From Octopus bimaculoides (lineage: Eukaryota), in the NCBI RefSeq assembly GCF_001194135.2, contig NC_068991.1:24275920-24339919 (forward strand): DNA of 64,000 nt, given 5' to 3'. Under the pieces are notes generated by a model, which saw only the letters and a list, made by a program, of their open reading frames with translations, did not search any database and was not told where the DNA came from. The position numbers were made by a program, and so were the translations under genes. Below, piece after piece: positions 51,700 through 63,805 of this stretch. Within the stretch, counting starts at the first letter, position 1, and each line of letters opens with the position of its first letter.

Positions 51700-54306
51700 C
51701 CTTCTTTAAATCCTTAAATGACTATATGACCAGTATTAAACAATCTCCCAATCTACACATCCTCGCAGACAAAACAAAATATATTTACGAAACAAACATT
51801 TCCACACACTCAAAACTCCTCACAAGCGCCACCACCAAAACAGAAAAAAAACGTACTTCCACATACAATGGCATAAACACAGAAACGAAGAAGCTAGCTA
51901 TCCGCCTTAAGATAGAGGATCGCGTGGACCGCATTACCAAGCAACTACACCATATTATACACTTAAGGACCATAAGCTTAATTTCCATACCAACCCCAAA
52001 TGCATGCTGATCAACCCCTCCAAAAGCGTGGTAGGTATCATTACTAAGCGTATTCTCGATACTATCAACTCTGGTATCAGAAGGGCTACAGAGTTGACTC
52101 AATGGAACTCCAGCGCAGCTGTGATAGACTGGTTCCGTGGTATCGAGAATAAATCAGCCTACAAATTCACCCAGTTCGACATTGTTGACATCTACCTTTT
52201 CATATCTAAGCCCCTCCTCCTGAAGACCCAAGCTTTTGTTGGACAATATACCAACATTAGTGATCTTGATATCAGAATCATCATGAATGCTAGGAAGTCA
52301 ATTCTGACTCATGACGATTCCTTCTGGGTGAAGAAAGAAGGCGATCCCTTATTTGATGTCCCTATGGGAAGCTTTGACGGGTCTCCTCAAGAGAGTACCC
52401 ATCCACATAGGTCGGCCCTCTATATGGACGTTGGCCTGACTATCTCAAGCCATATGAATGGCCATGCCATGGACAGGTTCAGCAAGGACTTGATAAAAAT
52501 ATTCAGAATTCGGCCTGCCCATAGCGATTACTACCTGACTACGGTCGATTTCTTGGGCGTAACCTTAGGCCTGAACACGGGCAAATATTGCCCCTACAGG
52601 AATATATCCATAAGAGCTCAACCACCCACCCACGTCCACCTCCGCTATAACTAGAAACCTGGTTTCAGGCATTAGCAAACGGGTGTCTAAACTCTCAGCC
52701 AGCATGGAGATCTTTAATAGAGCCTCCCCCTTACTGCAACGATGCTTTGGCTAGAAGTGGATTTTCTGAGAAGCTAAGGTATGTTGACGAACCGCCAAAC
52801 CTCCTCTCCTCACCCCAAAAGAATTAGGAAAAGAAAATAATCTGCTATAATCCCCCATTTAACATTGAAATGTCTACCAACGTAGCCAGGGACTTGCTGT
52901 CGTTAATAAAGAAACATTTCCCCAGAGGCCATAATGTCAAGGTAAGCAATTCCTGACTAGACAACATCGCATCCACCATCGCACACATCAAGAGACGTAA
53001 AAACGCAACCACACAACGCACAAAACCAACCTGCAACAGCCGAAACCCTACTACCCGCCCCCAGGAGGATCCTGCCTTTCAAGGGCTGTAGAATACAGAG
53101 TCACCCTTACACCATCCGATGGCGTTACTAGTCATTATACGGGCATGACAGCCAATGACTTCAAGGGAAAATACTCCCAGCACTTGCATTCATTTAGATC
53201 CAGGGACAGAGAGAACTCTACATTCCTGTCGCGCTTTCTCTGGAGACTTCATGACCTCCGAAACGAAACACCCAGCATCAACGGGACTATTATCAGCAGG
53301 GCGCCATCATATTAACCTGGTGCCCTTAACTGCCAGTTGTGCCTCCGCGAAAAACTGCATATCATCTACCAACCCGCAGTGTCCATCAACAAGAATTGAG
53401 GTATCGTATTGCTATCACCAGAAGTACTCCCTTCTGCTAAATTTCAAGACACTAGCCGCCGACAACCCGGATATACCGCCTTAGTACCACCCACCCCAGC
53501 ACCGCCTGCACTAAGGTCACCGTCACAAATTAACTCCCATGAACAGCAGCACAAATCACCAATCTCCAACACTTCTCCATGCCTGTCTACCTGCATACTA
53601 TCACTCCTTGTACATCACCTCTTGTGTATGACCACGCGAGTATAGGTGCGCGCGTGCATGTGCGTAAGTATGCATATACATCTGCACACTGTATGCATGC
53701 GCATGGATGTGTATGCGTGCGGGTGCGCCCATGTACGTGTGAACACGTTCGTGTACATGTATGTACACGAGCATATTTGTGTATGCGTGCGCATATGCTC
53801 GTGTGCATTTGCACATGGAGATAAAGGTGTGCACGCGTGTGTGTGTGTGTGTGTGTGTATGTGTGTGTGCATATGTGTGTGTGTGTGCGTGTGCATATGT
53901 GTGTATGCGTGTGCGTGTGTGTGTGACTGTCTGCGTGTCCGCGCCCACGAATGTGTTAGTGTACATCTAAGCACACATGCACAATCGTATAAGTATGGAT
54001 GCATACACGCAGAGATCTGCACATATACATGTACATATACATATATACTCCTACATCCACCACCCCTTCCTACTTCCCCCAACCACACGACCGATTTCAT
54101 GTCCTCCACCTGGTCGATTTCCTGTTCACCATGCGGTATTTTCCAAGTAATTGTTGTCACTGAAACACCAACATCAGACTGCTGTACCACGTGTAGGCTA
54201 ACGTCCAGTAGTAAACATTGACTATCTTCAATCGAACTCTCATTCAGACTCCAATGGCCGAAGACTAGCTACACGCTTGAAACTCAGAGTACCAAGGAGT
54301 CTGAAT
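51700..54306 (+). mobile_element. Penelope-like element: decayed RT plus GIY-YIG, 3' region ending in a hammerhead
   Basis: LINPSKSVVGIITKRILD, QWNSS, FTQFDIVDIY, FDVPMGSFDG, IIWYNPPF-like segment, and YRVTLTP...HYTGMTANDFK (GIY-YIG). Microsatellites interrupt about 53640-54050. Confidence 0.85.
54242..54306 (+). ncRNA. Type I hammerhead motif at the PLE 3' end (U4 to C variant)
   Basis: ATTCAGACTCC-AA-TGG-CCGAAGA-CT-AGC-TACAC-GCT-T-GAA-ACTC-A-GAGT-A-CCA-A-GGAGTCTGAAT. Stem I is 11 + 3 bp, near-palindromic stem III, GUA site at 54291. Confidence 0.7.
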
Positions 54307-54336
54307 CTATCTATCTATCTATCTATCTATATAGAT

Positions 54337-54383
<47 letters not shown>

Positions 54384-54687
54384 TACATACATGCATACAT
54401 ATACATATANNNNNNNNNNNNNNNNNNNNNNNNNNNNNNNNNNNNNNNNNNNNNNNNNNNNNNNNNNNNNNNNNNNNNNNNNNNNNNNNNNNNNNNNNNN
54501 NNNNNNNNNNNNNNNNNNNNNNNNNNNNNNNNNNNNNNNNNNNNNNNNNNNNNNNNNNNNNNNNNNNNNNNNNNNNNNNNNNNNNNNNNNNNNNNNNNNN
54601 NNNNNNNNNNNNNNNNNNNNNNNNNNNNNNNNNNNNNNNNNNNNNNNNNNNNNNNNNNNNNNNNNNNNNNNNNNNNNNNNNNNNNNN

Positions 54688-54765
54688 TTCTCATCAGGGA
54701 AAGCATGGGAATCATCTTAAACGTAAGACAGTTTAAGATGATTCCCATGCTTTCCCTGATGAGAA
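54688..54765. repeat. Perfect 35-bp-arm palindrome with an 8-nt loop (left arm cut by a gap)
   Basis: 54688-54722 is the exact reverse complement of 54731-54765. Confidence 0.95.
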
Positions 54766-54844
54766 GGTTACAATTTTAATATCAAAGATCCCTATGGATC
54801 ACACAGGTTGTAATCCTTTGAAACATATGTAGGAATAAAGTATG
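54746..54844 (+). ncRNA. Type I hammerhead ribozyme motif with canonical core
   Basis: CATGCT-TTCC-CTGATGA-GAAGG-TTACAA...TTGTAA-T-CCTTT-GAA-ACATATGT-A-GGAA-TAA-AGTATG. Stem II has 11 bp, stem III is the perfect palindrome ACATATGT, GUA site at 54831, AATAAA at 54834-54839. Confidence 0.82.
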
Positions 54845-55071
54845 CAATTATAACATGCGTTTTCTCCATTCCTTAAATTCTTAAATATACTCAAATACCC
54901 AAAATTTCAAGGAGTTCCTGCCTTAAAAACAGGAACTAAACCACAGTTATTTTGTGTTCTTTGCTACATTGGTTTCTATTAACCCATTTATTCTATCCGA
55001 AGAATTTTTATTCATTAAGATAGAAGAAATACACTTAATTATATATTTATATAACTTGATTCAGTAACTAT

Positions 55072-55400
55072 GCTGCGGCGATTCTGGGGCACCACGTTGA
55101 AGAAATTTTTGTCGAACTAATCGACCCCAGTGCTTATTAATTTTTTTAAGGCCTGTTACTTATTCTATCCATTACGGGAACATAAGCAAACCAACACCAG
55201 GTATCAAGCGGTGCTGGAGAACAAACACAGACATAAAGACGTGCATGTGCGCACACACACACACACTCACACACACTCACACACTCACACACACTCACAC
55301 ACACACCTACACTCATACACGCCCATACATATATATNNNNNNNNNNCATGTGGTTCGGAAGTAAAGTTCTTACCACACGGTCACGCCTGTGTCTACAAAT
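55072..55400 (-). mobile_element. SINE family A (tail about 55072-55220, head about 55347-55400)
   Basis: ggggcaccac...ctaatcgaccccagt...tacttattctatc and catgtggttcgg...cttaccacacgg. Confidence 0.7.
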
Positions 55401-55485
55401 CTGTGTATACACATACATACATACATACACAAGCACACACACACACGCACACGCACACGCACACACGCACACATACACACACACG

Positions 55486-55516
<31 letters not shown>

Positions 55517-55581
55517 GCATGTACATGCATATATACATACAAATACATACACGCACACACTTATACATGTACACACACATT

Positions 55582-55621
<40 letters not shown>

Positions 55622-55631
55622 CACGCACACA

Positions 55632-55674
<43 letters not shown>

Positions 55675-56152
55675 ACATACACTCTCGCACACACACACAC
55701 AACCCACATTTGCGTATGTGTGTCTCGTGTGTCAGTGTGTGTGTGCTTGTGTGTGTGTGCATGTGTGTGTTGTGCGGCGTACAGATAGTTAATGGCGATT
55801 CAAGTGACAATTGCTCAAATGAAAAATGTATCAACTTACATAAAATATTAGGAAGTTTCTCTATCTCCTTCTCTCTCCCTCTCTCACTCTCCCTCTCACC
55901 CCTCTCGCTCTCTTTCTTTCTCTCTCCCTCTCCCTCTTCCTCTCTACTTTGGTCAAATGATTAAGATGGAGAAGTTTGCTTCACAATCACTTGAAAAGTA
56001 CATTAAGTATACATGTTGGTGTGGAATATTTAACCACTTACACGCTATCGTTATTACAATGAGGCTGGTTTATCTGTTGGTCGAACAACTGACGCACACG
56101 ATCACAAATTCTGATCGAGATCAATTCTGAGTAAAGAGAAACAGACAGACAC

Positions 56153-56209
<57 letters not shown>

Positions 56210-56551
56210 CATGTGTATAACGCATATATATATATATATGCGAGTAAAAATAAATACAAAATAGGTGGGGTTTTTTTGTATGATTGTGTATAGAGGAATA
56301 TATTATTTTGCTTAAAAGAGTTCCAACACTGTCTGTTTTTTATGTTTTATTTATATTCCTGCAGAACTAATGTGGGGTATAGAATATGGAATATACAATA
56401 TATAATATGATATACAATATACAATATAAAATAAAATAACATAAAAATGGATGGCACCATGAAAGAAAGTATTGAATGTAGATGAAATATTGAGTGTTCA
56501 ATATAAAGGATCAAATATATAAATATATAAATATAAATATATATATATAAA

Positions 56552-56591
56552 GGCGACTCGAGTTTCAGGGCTATTTCCCTTCGTCATGGCC
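56552..56591 (-). ncRNA. Minimal type I hammerhead motif (one extra A in the core)
   Basis: GGC-C(A)TGACGA-AGGG-AAATAG-CCCT-GAA-ACTCGAGT-C-GCC. Stem I has 3 bp, stem II 4 bp, perfect palindromic stem III, GUC triplet. Confidence 0.7.
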
Positions 56592-57154
56592 GGTATGACA
56601 GACTTTAACANNNNNNNNNNNNNNNNNNNNNNNNNNNNNNNNNNNNNNNNNNNNNNNNNNNNNNNNNNNNNNNNNNNNNNNNNNNNNNNNNNNNNNNNNN
56701 NNNNNNNNNNNNNNNNNNNNNNNNNNNNNNNNNNNNNNNNNNNNNNNNNNNNNNNNNNNNNNNNNNNNNNNNNNNNNNNNNNNNNNNNNNNNNNNNNNNN
56801 NNNNNNNNNNNNNNNNNNNNNNNNNNNNNNNNNNNNNNNNNNNNNNNNNNNNNNNNNNNNNNNNNNNNNNNNNNNNNNNNTTGTATAAAGGACCGTGGGC
56901 AAAGCCAGAGCAATGCGAAATAAATGCAAGGAATATCACAAGAAAACAAATATATGAATTAACGTAAATTAACCTTGCATTCAATATTTCGAGGTTATGA
57001 CCCCATTTTCAAGAAATAAACGAATGTTGCAGATGTGTATGTGTGTGAGCGTGTGTGGAGTGGACATGCGCGGAAAGGTGATGCTATAGCAACCAGCTAG
57101 CTTCCTGTAACTCTCTTCTGTTGTTGATATTTGGTTTCCTCAGAGTATGGAGCT

Positions 57155-58891
57155 GGACATAAAAACACTACACTCGTGATAGACACAGAAATCAGAGAAT
57201 TAGACCACAATCACCCATACAAATATTTAGGAATAGACGAAACAGCTAAAATGCACAGAAATGAAAGAGAAAATTAAGAGAGAGTATTACAGAAGAATTA
57301 GACTAATATTAAACACTGAACTCAATGCTAAAAATAAGATAATATGGATAAATACGCTAGCCATACCAGTCATAAATTACAGTTTCATCATAATAAACTG
57401 GAAGAACAGTGAATTGAGAAACTTAGATAGAAAAACCAGAAAACTATTAACAGCATGCCGAAGTCACCACCCCAAAGCCGACACAGACAGAATATATCTA
57501 TTCCACTCGGAAGGAAGCCGTGGCCAAACGCAGATAGAGAACTACTATAAAATTACAACGGTTGGACTAGAAAAGTACTCGGAAACAAAAAAGTGGAAGA
57601 CCACTGCATATAATAAAATAACACGAGAAAAATAGAACGTTTTTCTCTGTACACAAGGAGATGACAAAATACAAGACAAAAACAAAGTACACTGATGCAC
57701 TGATCTCAGATGACAACATAGCAGAAATGGTCAAAGCGACAAAAAACATGAACTCAGAACTATAAAAGATACCAAAGAAGAAGTGGAAAAAGAAAATCAC
57801 TCCATGGCTAAAACCCTGCAAGACTTGACAGAGAAGAAGTGAGCCTAAGTAAAAGCCAGAAATGGCTCAAAAGCTCTGGACTAAAAGCTGAAACGGAATG
57901 ATTGATTCTCGCTGCACAAGACTAATGCCTGACCACAAACAACTATAAAAACAAAATAATGGAAACAGACCCTAACACCAAATGCAGAATGTGCAACCAG
58001 CACAATGAGACAGTGACAACATCATCTTTGGCTGCACATCCCTTGCCAAATCTGAATATATATACAGACATGACCAAGTAGGTAGTAATATCCACTGGAC
58101 AATATACCAACACAACATTAAAACTGACAAGAAATGGTATAAACATGTTCCAAACAAGGCACATGACAACGACCAGGCCACAATCGTCTGGAATATGCCT
58201 GTTCAAGCTGACAAAGATATAAAAGCTAATCTCTCGGACATAATAATCAAGGATTGGGAAAAAAACACCTGCTTCTTTTTGGGCAATATTTTGGTCAGAA
58301 GGGAAATTGTAGTCTCTCCTTAACAAAACATTGCCCAAAAAGAAGTGGAGAAATTGCCTAAGTACAAAGACCTCGAAATTGAAGTATTCAAGATGTGGGG
58401 CATAAAGGTGAAAACAATACCAGTAATAATTGGAGCAATGGGCATAATAAAAAACATATGAACAAAAATTTAGAAGCTATACCTGGACCCTCGACACTAC
58501 ACACTATTCAAAAAATAGCCCCGCTAGGAACAGTGCACATCCTACGCAAGACACTATCAAGTCAATAATAAAACCCAAACAAAACAATCTACAAAACACA
58601 AGACATACTCTATATTGCAAATATCCAATAAAATAAACAACCACCAGCAATCCGCATACCCAACAGAAGAACAGAACTCGCATTGCATACACAACACACG
58701 ATACAAACACTAATACAACAATAGATAACACCAGACCCCATAACAAAAGAAACTGACGGAATACAAAACCGAGAAGAGTTTGCACTCCCCCAAACAACAA
58801 AAAAGAACACGCAATGTTGCACATACCCCAGTAACACGGAGTTGTAGCTTGTGATGTAGTATAAATTTGCCTGAAACTACCAAATGTTGAC

Positions 58892-58940
<49 letters not shown>
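57155..58940 (+). mobile_element. R4/Dong-like RLE LINE, 3' half with 3' UTR and (AAT)n tail
   Basis: YKYLGIDE, REYYRRIRLILNTELNAKNK, zinc-knuckle CRMC...ETV, RHDQVG..IHW, KYKDLEIE, ALLGT-like LGTVHILRKTL*, then a UTR and (aat)n at 58893-58940. Confidence 0.88.
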
Positions 58941-58941
<1 letters not shown>

Positions 58942-59400
58942 TTTATATAGAAAGGATTGAGGTAACTCCTCCTGAAGATATAGAGTCAAAATTTAAAGAA
59001 GAGTGCCATTTGCTATATCGTGAACAATATTTCGACATCTTGCGTGTCTTCCACTGGTTCAAAAAATAAATTTGTCAATCTACTTCATTTTCGTTTATAT
59101 AGAAAGGATTGNNNNNNNNNNNNNNNNNNNNNNNNNNNNNNNNNNNNNNNNNNNNNNNNNNNNNNNNNNNNNNNNNNNNNNNNNNNNNNNNNNNNNNNNN
59201 NNNNNNNNNNNNNNNNNNNNNNNNNNNNNNNNNNNNNNNNNNNNNNNNNNNNNNNNNNNNNNNNNNNNNNNNNNNNNNNNNNNNNNNNNNNNNNNNNNNN
59301 NNNNNNNNNNNNNNNNNNNNNNNNNNNNNNNNNNNNNNNNNNNNNNNNNNNNNNNNNNNNNNNNNNNNNNNNNNNNNNNNNNNNNNNNNNNNNNNNNNNN

Positions 59401-59460
<60 letters not shown>

Positions 59461-59464
<4 letters not shown>

Positions 59465-59653
59465 TATATATAACATACAGAAAATTGCACTACTGGGTAC
59501 TGCACACATTCTACGCAAAACACTTTCAATACAGTAAACATAAGAGCACCACAGCAAACCACAGCACATACCCAAGGCGCACAGAGCTGCGCTCGGGAGT
59601 GAAGTGAAAGCACGTTATAAAAATAAAACTACTGAACAATAATAATAATAATA
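59461..59653 (+). mobile_element. Short 3' end of a second R4/Dong-like family, embedded in (AAT)n
   Basis: IQKIALLGTAHILRKTLSIQ* followed by a UTR different from that at 58570; (aat)n on both sides. Confidence 0.8.
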
Positions 59654-59740
59654 ACTACCCAATATGTAAATATACCTTTTATTGCAACAATACAATTGAA
59701 TTCAGAAATTCAAACATTCAACTACGTGAATATTAGTATG

Positions 59741-59780
<40 letters not shown>

Positions 59781-59849
59781 GAGCTGAGTTCAGTTTTCAG
59801 TATGAGTCTTATTCTCCTGTAATATTCCTTTCTTATTTTGCCTTCTTAG

Positions 59850-61157
59850 TAGCATGTTGTATACCATTTCCTTCGTTTATCTCCAGATATTTATAACTTT
59901 TTGTGCGTCAAGCTCCTTGATGGTAGTGTCGGTATATAATTTAATGGAAGGTATTTGCCTAAGCTTGCCTCTTACAAAAGTTGCTTTAGTACACTTATCA
60001 AGGCCAAGCTCCATCCCGATGTCATTGCTGAACTCTTTAACAGTTGGTAGCAGCCCTACTAGCTCTTCGTCGTTTCTACAAACAGCTTCAGATCGTCCAT
60101 TCAAAACAGATGGTTTACTATAGTATTATACATTTTGAACCCATATATAGTGTTACTCAGTTCGTTTGAAAGTGAGATCAGTGCCATGCAAAACATAATG
60201 GGGAAAGGGAGTCACCTTGAAAGATGCCTCGTTTGCTGTTTATGCTGTTAGATTGGCTCATCCCATTACTATGGTTTAGAAGGAAACGTGTATTCCGATT
60301 TGCCATGCTAACTTGTAAGAATTTGGAGACGACAGGAGAGATCTTATATATCTCAAGGGCCTTGAGTAGCCAATTATGTGGGACACTATCAAACGCTTTC
60401 CTATAGTCTATCCATGCCATACTCAGGTTCTTCTTGTTCCTCCGGCAATTCTCTACAATTATTTCATTTATGAGTAATTGATCTTTGCATCCATCAGAAT
60501 TCCTTTTCCAACCTTTTTGAGCTTGTGGAAGGATAGAGTTCTGTTCAAAGAAAGTGTATATTCTTTCAGTTAGTATGAATGTGAGGATCTCGTAGGTGAT
60601 GTTGAGACATGTTATTGGTCGGCAGTTCTTTGGATTTTTCGTGTCTTCAGTTTTTGGTAGAAGGTGTGTTGTTCCTTCAGTCAGTCAGGCAGGTATTTGC
60701 TCTGGGTTCTGGATGACATTAATTAAAGATGCGGTGAAATTTTGGTGTACTTCTGTCAAACAGTTCAGCCAGAAGTTAGAGATCCAGTCCAGTCCTGTAG
60801 TTCTCCATTCGTGAGACTTTCTAAGAACACAACATCTTAGCTCTCCTATTCTTATTGCCTCCCATTTCTGCTCTTCAACTTCATCCAGTCTCACTTTATC
60901 ACGTTCTATCCAGTCAGCTTCAGCATTATATTTTTCTTTGTTGCTCCATATCTTCTTCCAGAACTCTTCCATTTCCTCAGTCTTAGGTGGCTCCTTTACT
61001 TTTATCTTATTTTTTTACCACTTTCCCCATAAAATTTCTTTGCATGCGTCTTGAATACCTTGTTTTGTCGATAAATTTTGATTCTCTTGTCATACCTGCA
61101 AAGTCGTTGGGATTTCAGTTGTATTCGTTGTTTCAATAGTTCCTTAGTTGTCGGGAG
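59850..61157 (-). mobile_element. R4/Dong-like RT fragment
   Basis: EEFWKKIWS, WRTTGLDWISNFW, YRPITCL, AWIDYRKAFDSVPHNW, RGIFQGDSLSPL, FSNDIGMELGLDKC. Confidence 0.9.
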
Positions 61158-61158
61158 C

Positions 61159-61222
<64 letters not shown>

Positions 61223-61720
61223 GAGTGAGAGAGCAGTGCATGCCATCAAAGTGACACGGGTAAAATATACGAAGCCCATTATACCCATCATGACTACCAG
61301 TCTGATAAGGGTACACCAGGCACATGCATCACAACCATATGTGCGTGACATGGTGATCTCATATCAAGATAAACAGCGCATGACCTCGCAGGTGGGGCCC
61401 AGTTAGAATTTTCTTCAGTTCGAGTAGCCCATCCTGCTCAAAAGGTCTCTGAATAAGGTTTGTTTAAGATGTTGAGCAAAACATCCATGTTTCCAAAGGT
61501 GAATTATTCAAACCCCAAAGAATTCCTCTCAAAATATGGCTATGATGCTCCCCCACTACTTCTGCTCATGATCAGAGATGCACATATCGTCAGCCACCAA
61601 GAGACATGCTCAAGTAATTAAGGTCAAACAACTGACAAGCAAATCAGTGGTATTAAGCAGAATATTTGCTGCAGCCCATCTTTTATACCAAGACAAAACA
61701 ATGTAATTTTACTCTTGTTT
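61158..61720 (-). mobile_element. Non-coding retroelement 3' end with (AAT)n tail
   Basis: Ends gcactgctctctcactc-(aat)n on the minus strand and shares sequence with 14603-14730. Confidence 0.65.
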
Positions 61721-62386
61721 TATGTTTATTTTTTTCATGTCATTTGCTTTAGCTTTATCTGTGTTTTCAAATAATGTTGACTAGTTTAAATCATTTCCAC
61801 AGAATTTTTGACTTAAATTATTCCATTAAACAATTATCATAATCTTAAATTCTTTTATTATCACAGAAATTATTTTCTTTCGTTGTTTCCTCTTTCGGTT
61901 TAACGAGTTGGCGATTTTCATAATCCGTTTATATTAATGAAGACTGTATTGAAACAAAGGAGAGAACTGATAAGATGGAGGGGTAAGGGGATTCAGTGGC
62001 ACTTTTTAAACAATGTGATGAAAAGAAAGAGAAGGTCTAACAGCTGATGCTTGAAACTATAATATGTTCGGTGCTGGACTTTTATCTGAATAGAGTGTCG
62101 CGTCAAGACAGGCATATCAAGCATATTTATACGTTTTTATATGTGTTTGTACATGTGTATATGTATATGTATGTTTATAGATATGTGTGTGTGCACATCT
62201 GTAGGTATACAGTTTATTTAGACTAATACAATACTCTGTTACTCTACAGTTTTTTCTGGAGTGTTTCCGGTTCCTCAGACAAGAGAAGACTGGAGATATG
62301 AATGCATGTACATATGTATTTGCATATGCGTATATATTTGAATATATNNNNNNNNNNATATACACGCACGCACACACGCACATATA

Positions 62387-63258
62387 TACTAGGTCTGATC
62401 AATAAGTATCTGGAATGTTGCCATAGTAGCGTAGCTAAAGCACGCAGAGTAAAGCCGCTTGGCACAGATTGACCTTGACCTCTGTAGTGCATGTGCACTA
62501 AGTTTTAACGTTCCAACTCACTTCCGCTGTTTACAGCAGTGCTTCAAAGTAACGTGTGTAACGAGTGATCGTCGCATTGACCATGACAGAGAATGTTGTC
62601 ATGGTGATACCTGCTCAGAGGCCTACGCAAAGTTGCAGAGAGTGTATGCAGAGGAGTGTATGAGCCCACACAAGTATACGAGTGGTTCAGACGTTTCCAA
62701 GATGACCGAAAACTTGTCAATATTGACGAACGTTCTTGGAGAGCTGCAGCCAGTGGAACTGGGGAAAACATCGCAGATGTGCTAGCAGCTGTGAGAGGAA
62801 ATCGTCGAATCACAATCCGTGAGTTATCAGAGGATGTGCAGATTAGTTACGGTTCAGTTCAGTCCATTATCACCGAAGATTTGTGTATGAGACGTGTATC
62901 TGTCAAATTTGTGCCAAAACTGCTTTCAGCAGACCAAAAGACACTCCGATTTCAGTTGCACATCTTGATTGTGTCGACAACGATGAAAACTTGCTGAAAA
63001 CTTTGCGTCGGCCTCTGAGCAGGTATCATCAAGCTTTTGGCAAAATCTCAACTCAACTTTCTCTGTCATAGTCAATGCGACGAACACACGTCACACACGT
63101 TACTTCCAAGCACTGGTGTAAACAGCGGAAGTGAGCTAGAACGTTAAATCGTAGTGCGCATGCACAGCAGAGTTCAAGGTCAATCTGTACCAAGCGGTTT
63201 AAGCTTCGTTACTCGTTACTATGGCAACGGTTCGCATATTTATTGGTCAGATTACGTA
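62387..63258 (+). mobile_element. Non-autonomous mariner with two 5' ends (about 250-bp inverted arms)
   Basis: TA-flanked. 62387-62635 matches the reverse complement of about 62997-63258, including ATGACAGAG and gatacctgctcagaggcc. The interior encodes VYEWFRRF...RITIRELSE...KFVPKLLSADQK. Confidence 0.88.
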
Positions 63259-63481
63259 ACGCCGGTGTTAAAATGGGGGTAGCTGATGAAGGAAAATGTT
63301 CTCTATGTGGCCTGTGTGTTTTCTGTATTCTGGTTATTATTATTTTCTCGTCTACGTTTTGTTTGCAATGTCCTGTACCCAGATATGCACCTATATATAC
63401 AGGTAGACGTAGGTAAGCACATACCTGTACGTATATATGCATATACTCATTTATTATTTGTTATATATATATATATATATA

Positions 63482-63707
63482 TCTGTAAAAATACGTGACA
63501 CTTATTCAGTAGCCATGATAAAACTCCGAGTTTTGGATGCCAGTGTAGGAGCCCACGCCAACATCTCTTCAGTTATCCGGCCAATTGAAAATTCCTGTCT
63601 TCAATTGGCCGGATAACTGAAGAGATGTTGGCATGGGCTCCCACCCTGGCATCCGAAACTCGGAGTTTTATCATGGCTACTGAATAAGTGTCACATATTT
63701 TTACAGA
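63482..63707. repeat. 108-bp-arm palindrome (5 mismatches) with a 10-nt loop; probable inverted PLE terminal repeat
   Basis: 63482-63589 pairs with 63600-63707, and each arm encodes a hammerhead reading outward. Confidence 0.93.
63607..63678 (+). ncRNA. Type I hammerhead ribozyme motif in the right arm (the left-arm mirror copy has G12 to A)
   Basis: GGCC-G-GATAA-CTGAAGA-GATGTTGG...CTGGCATC-C-GAA-ACTC-G-GAGT-T-TTATC-AT-GGCT. Intact core with one extra C before GAAA, 8-bp stem II, GUU site at 63667. Confidence 0.75.
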
Positions 63708-63769
63708 CAAATTCCTCTATTTGCATAATATCGAGTTCTCTTTATTTCTTTTGTTGTCCTTCCTGTCAA

Positions 63770-63802
<33 letters not shown>

Positions 63803-63805
63803 AAT

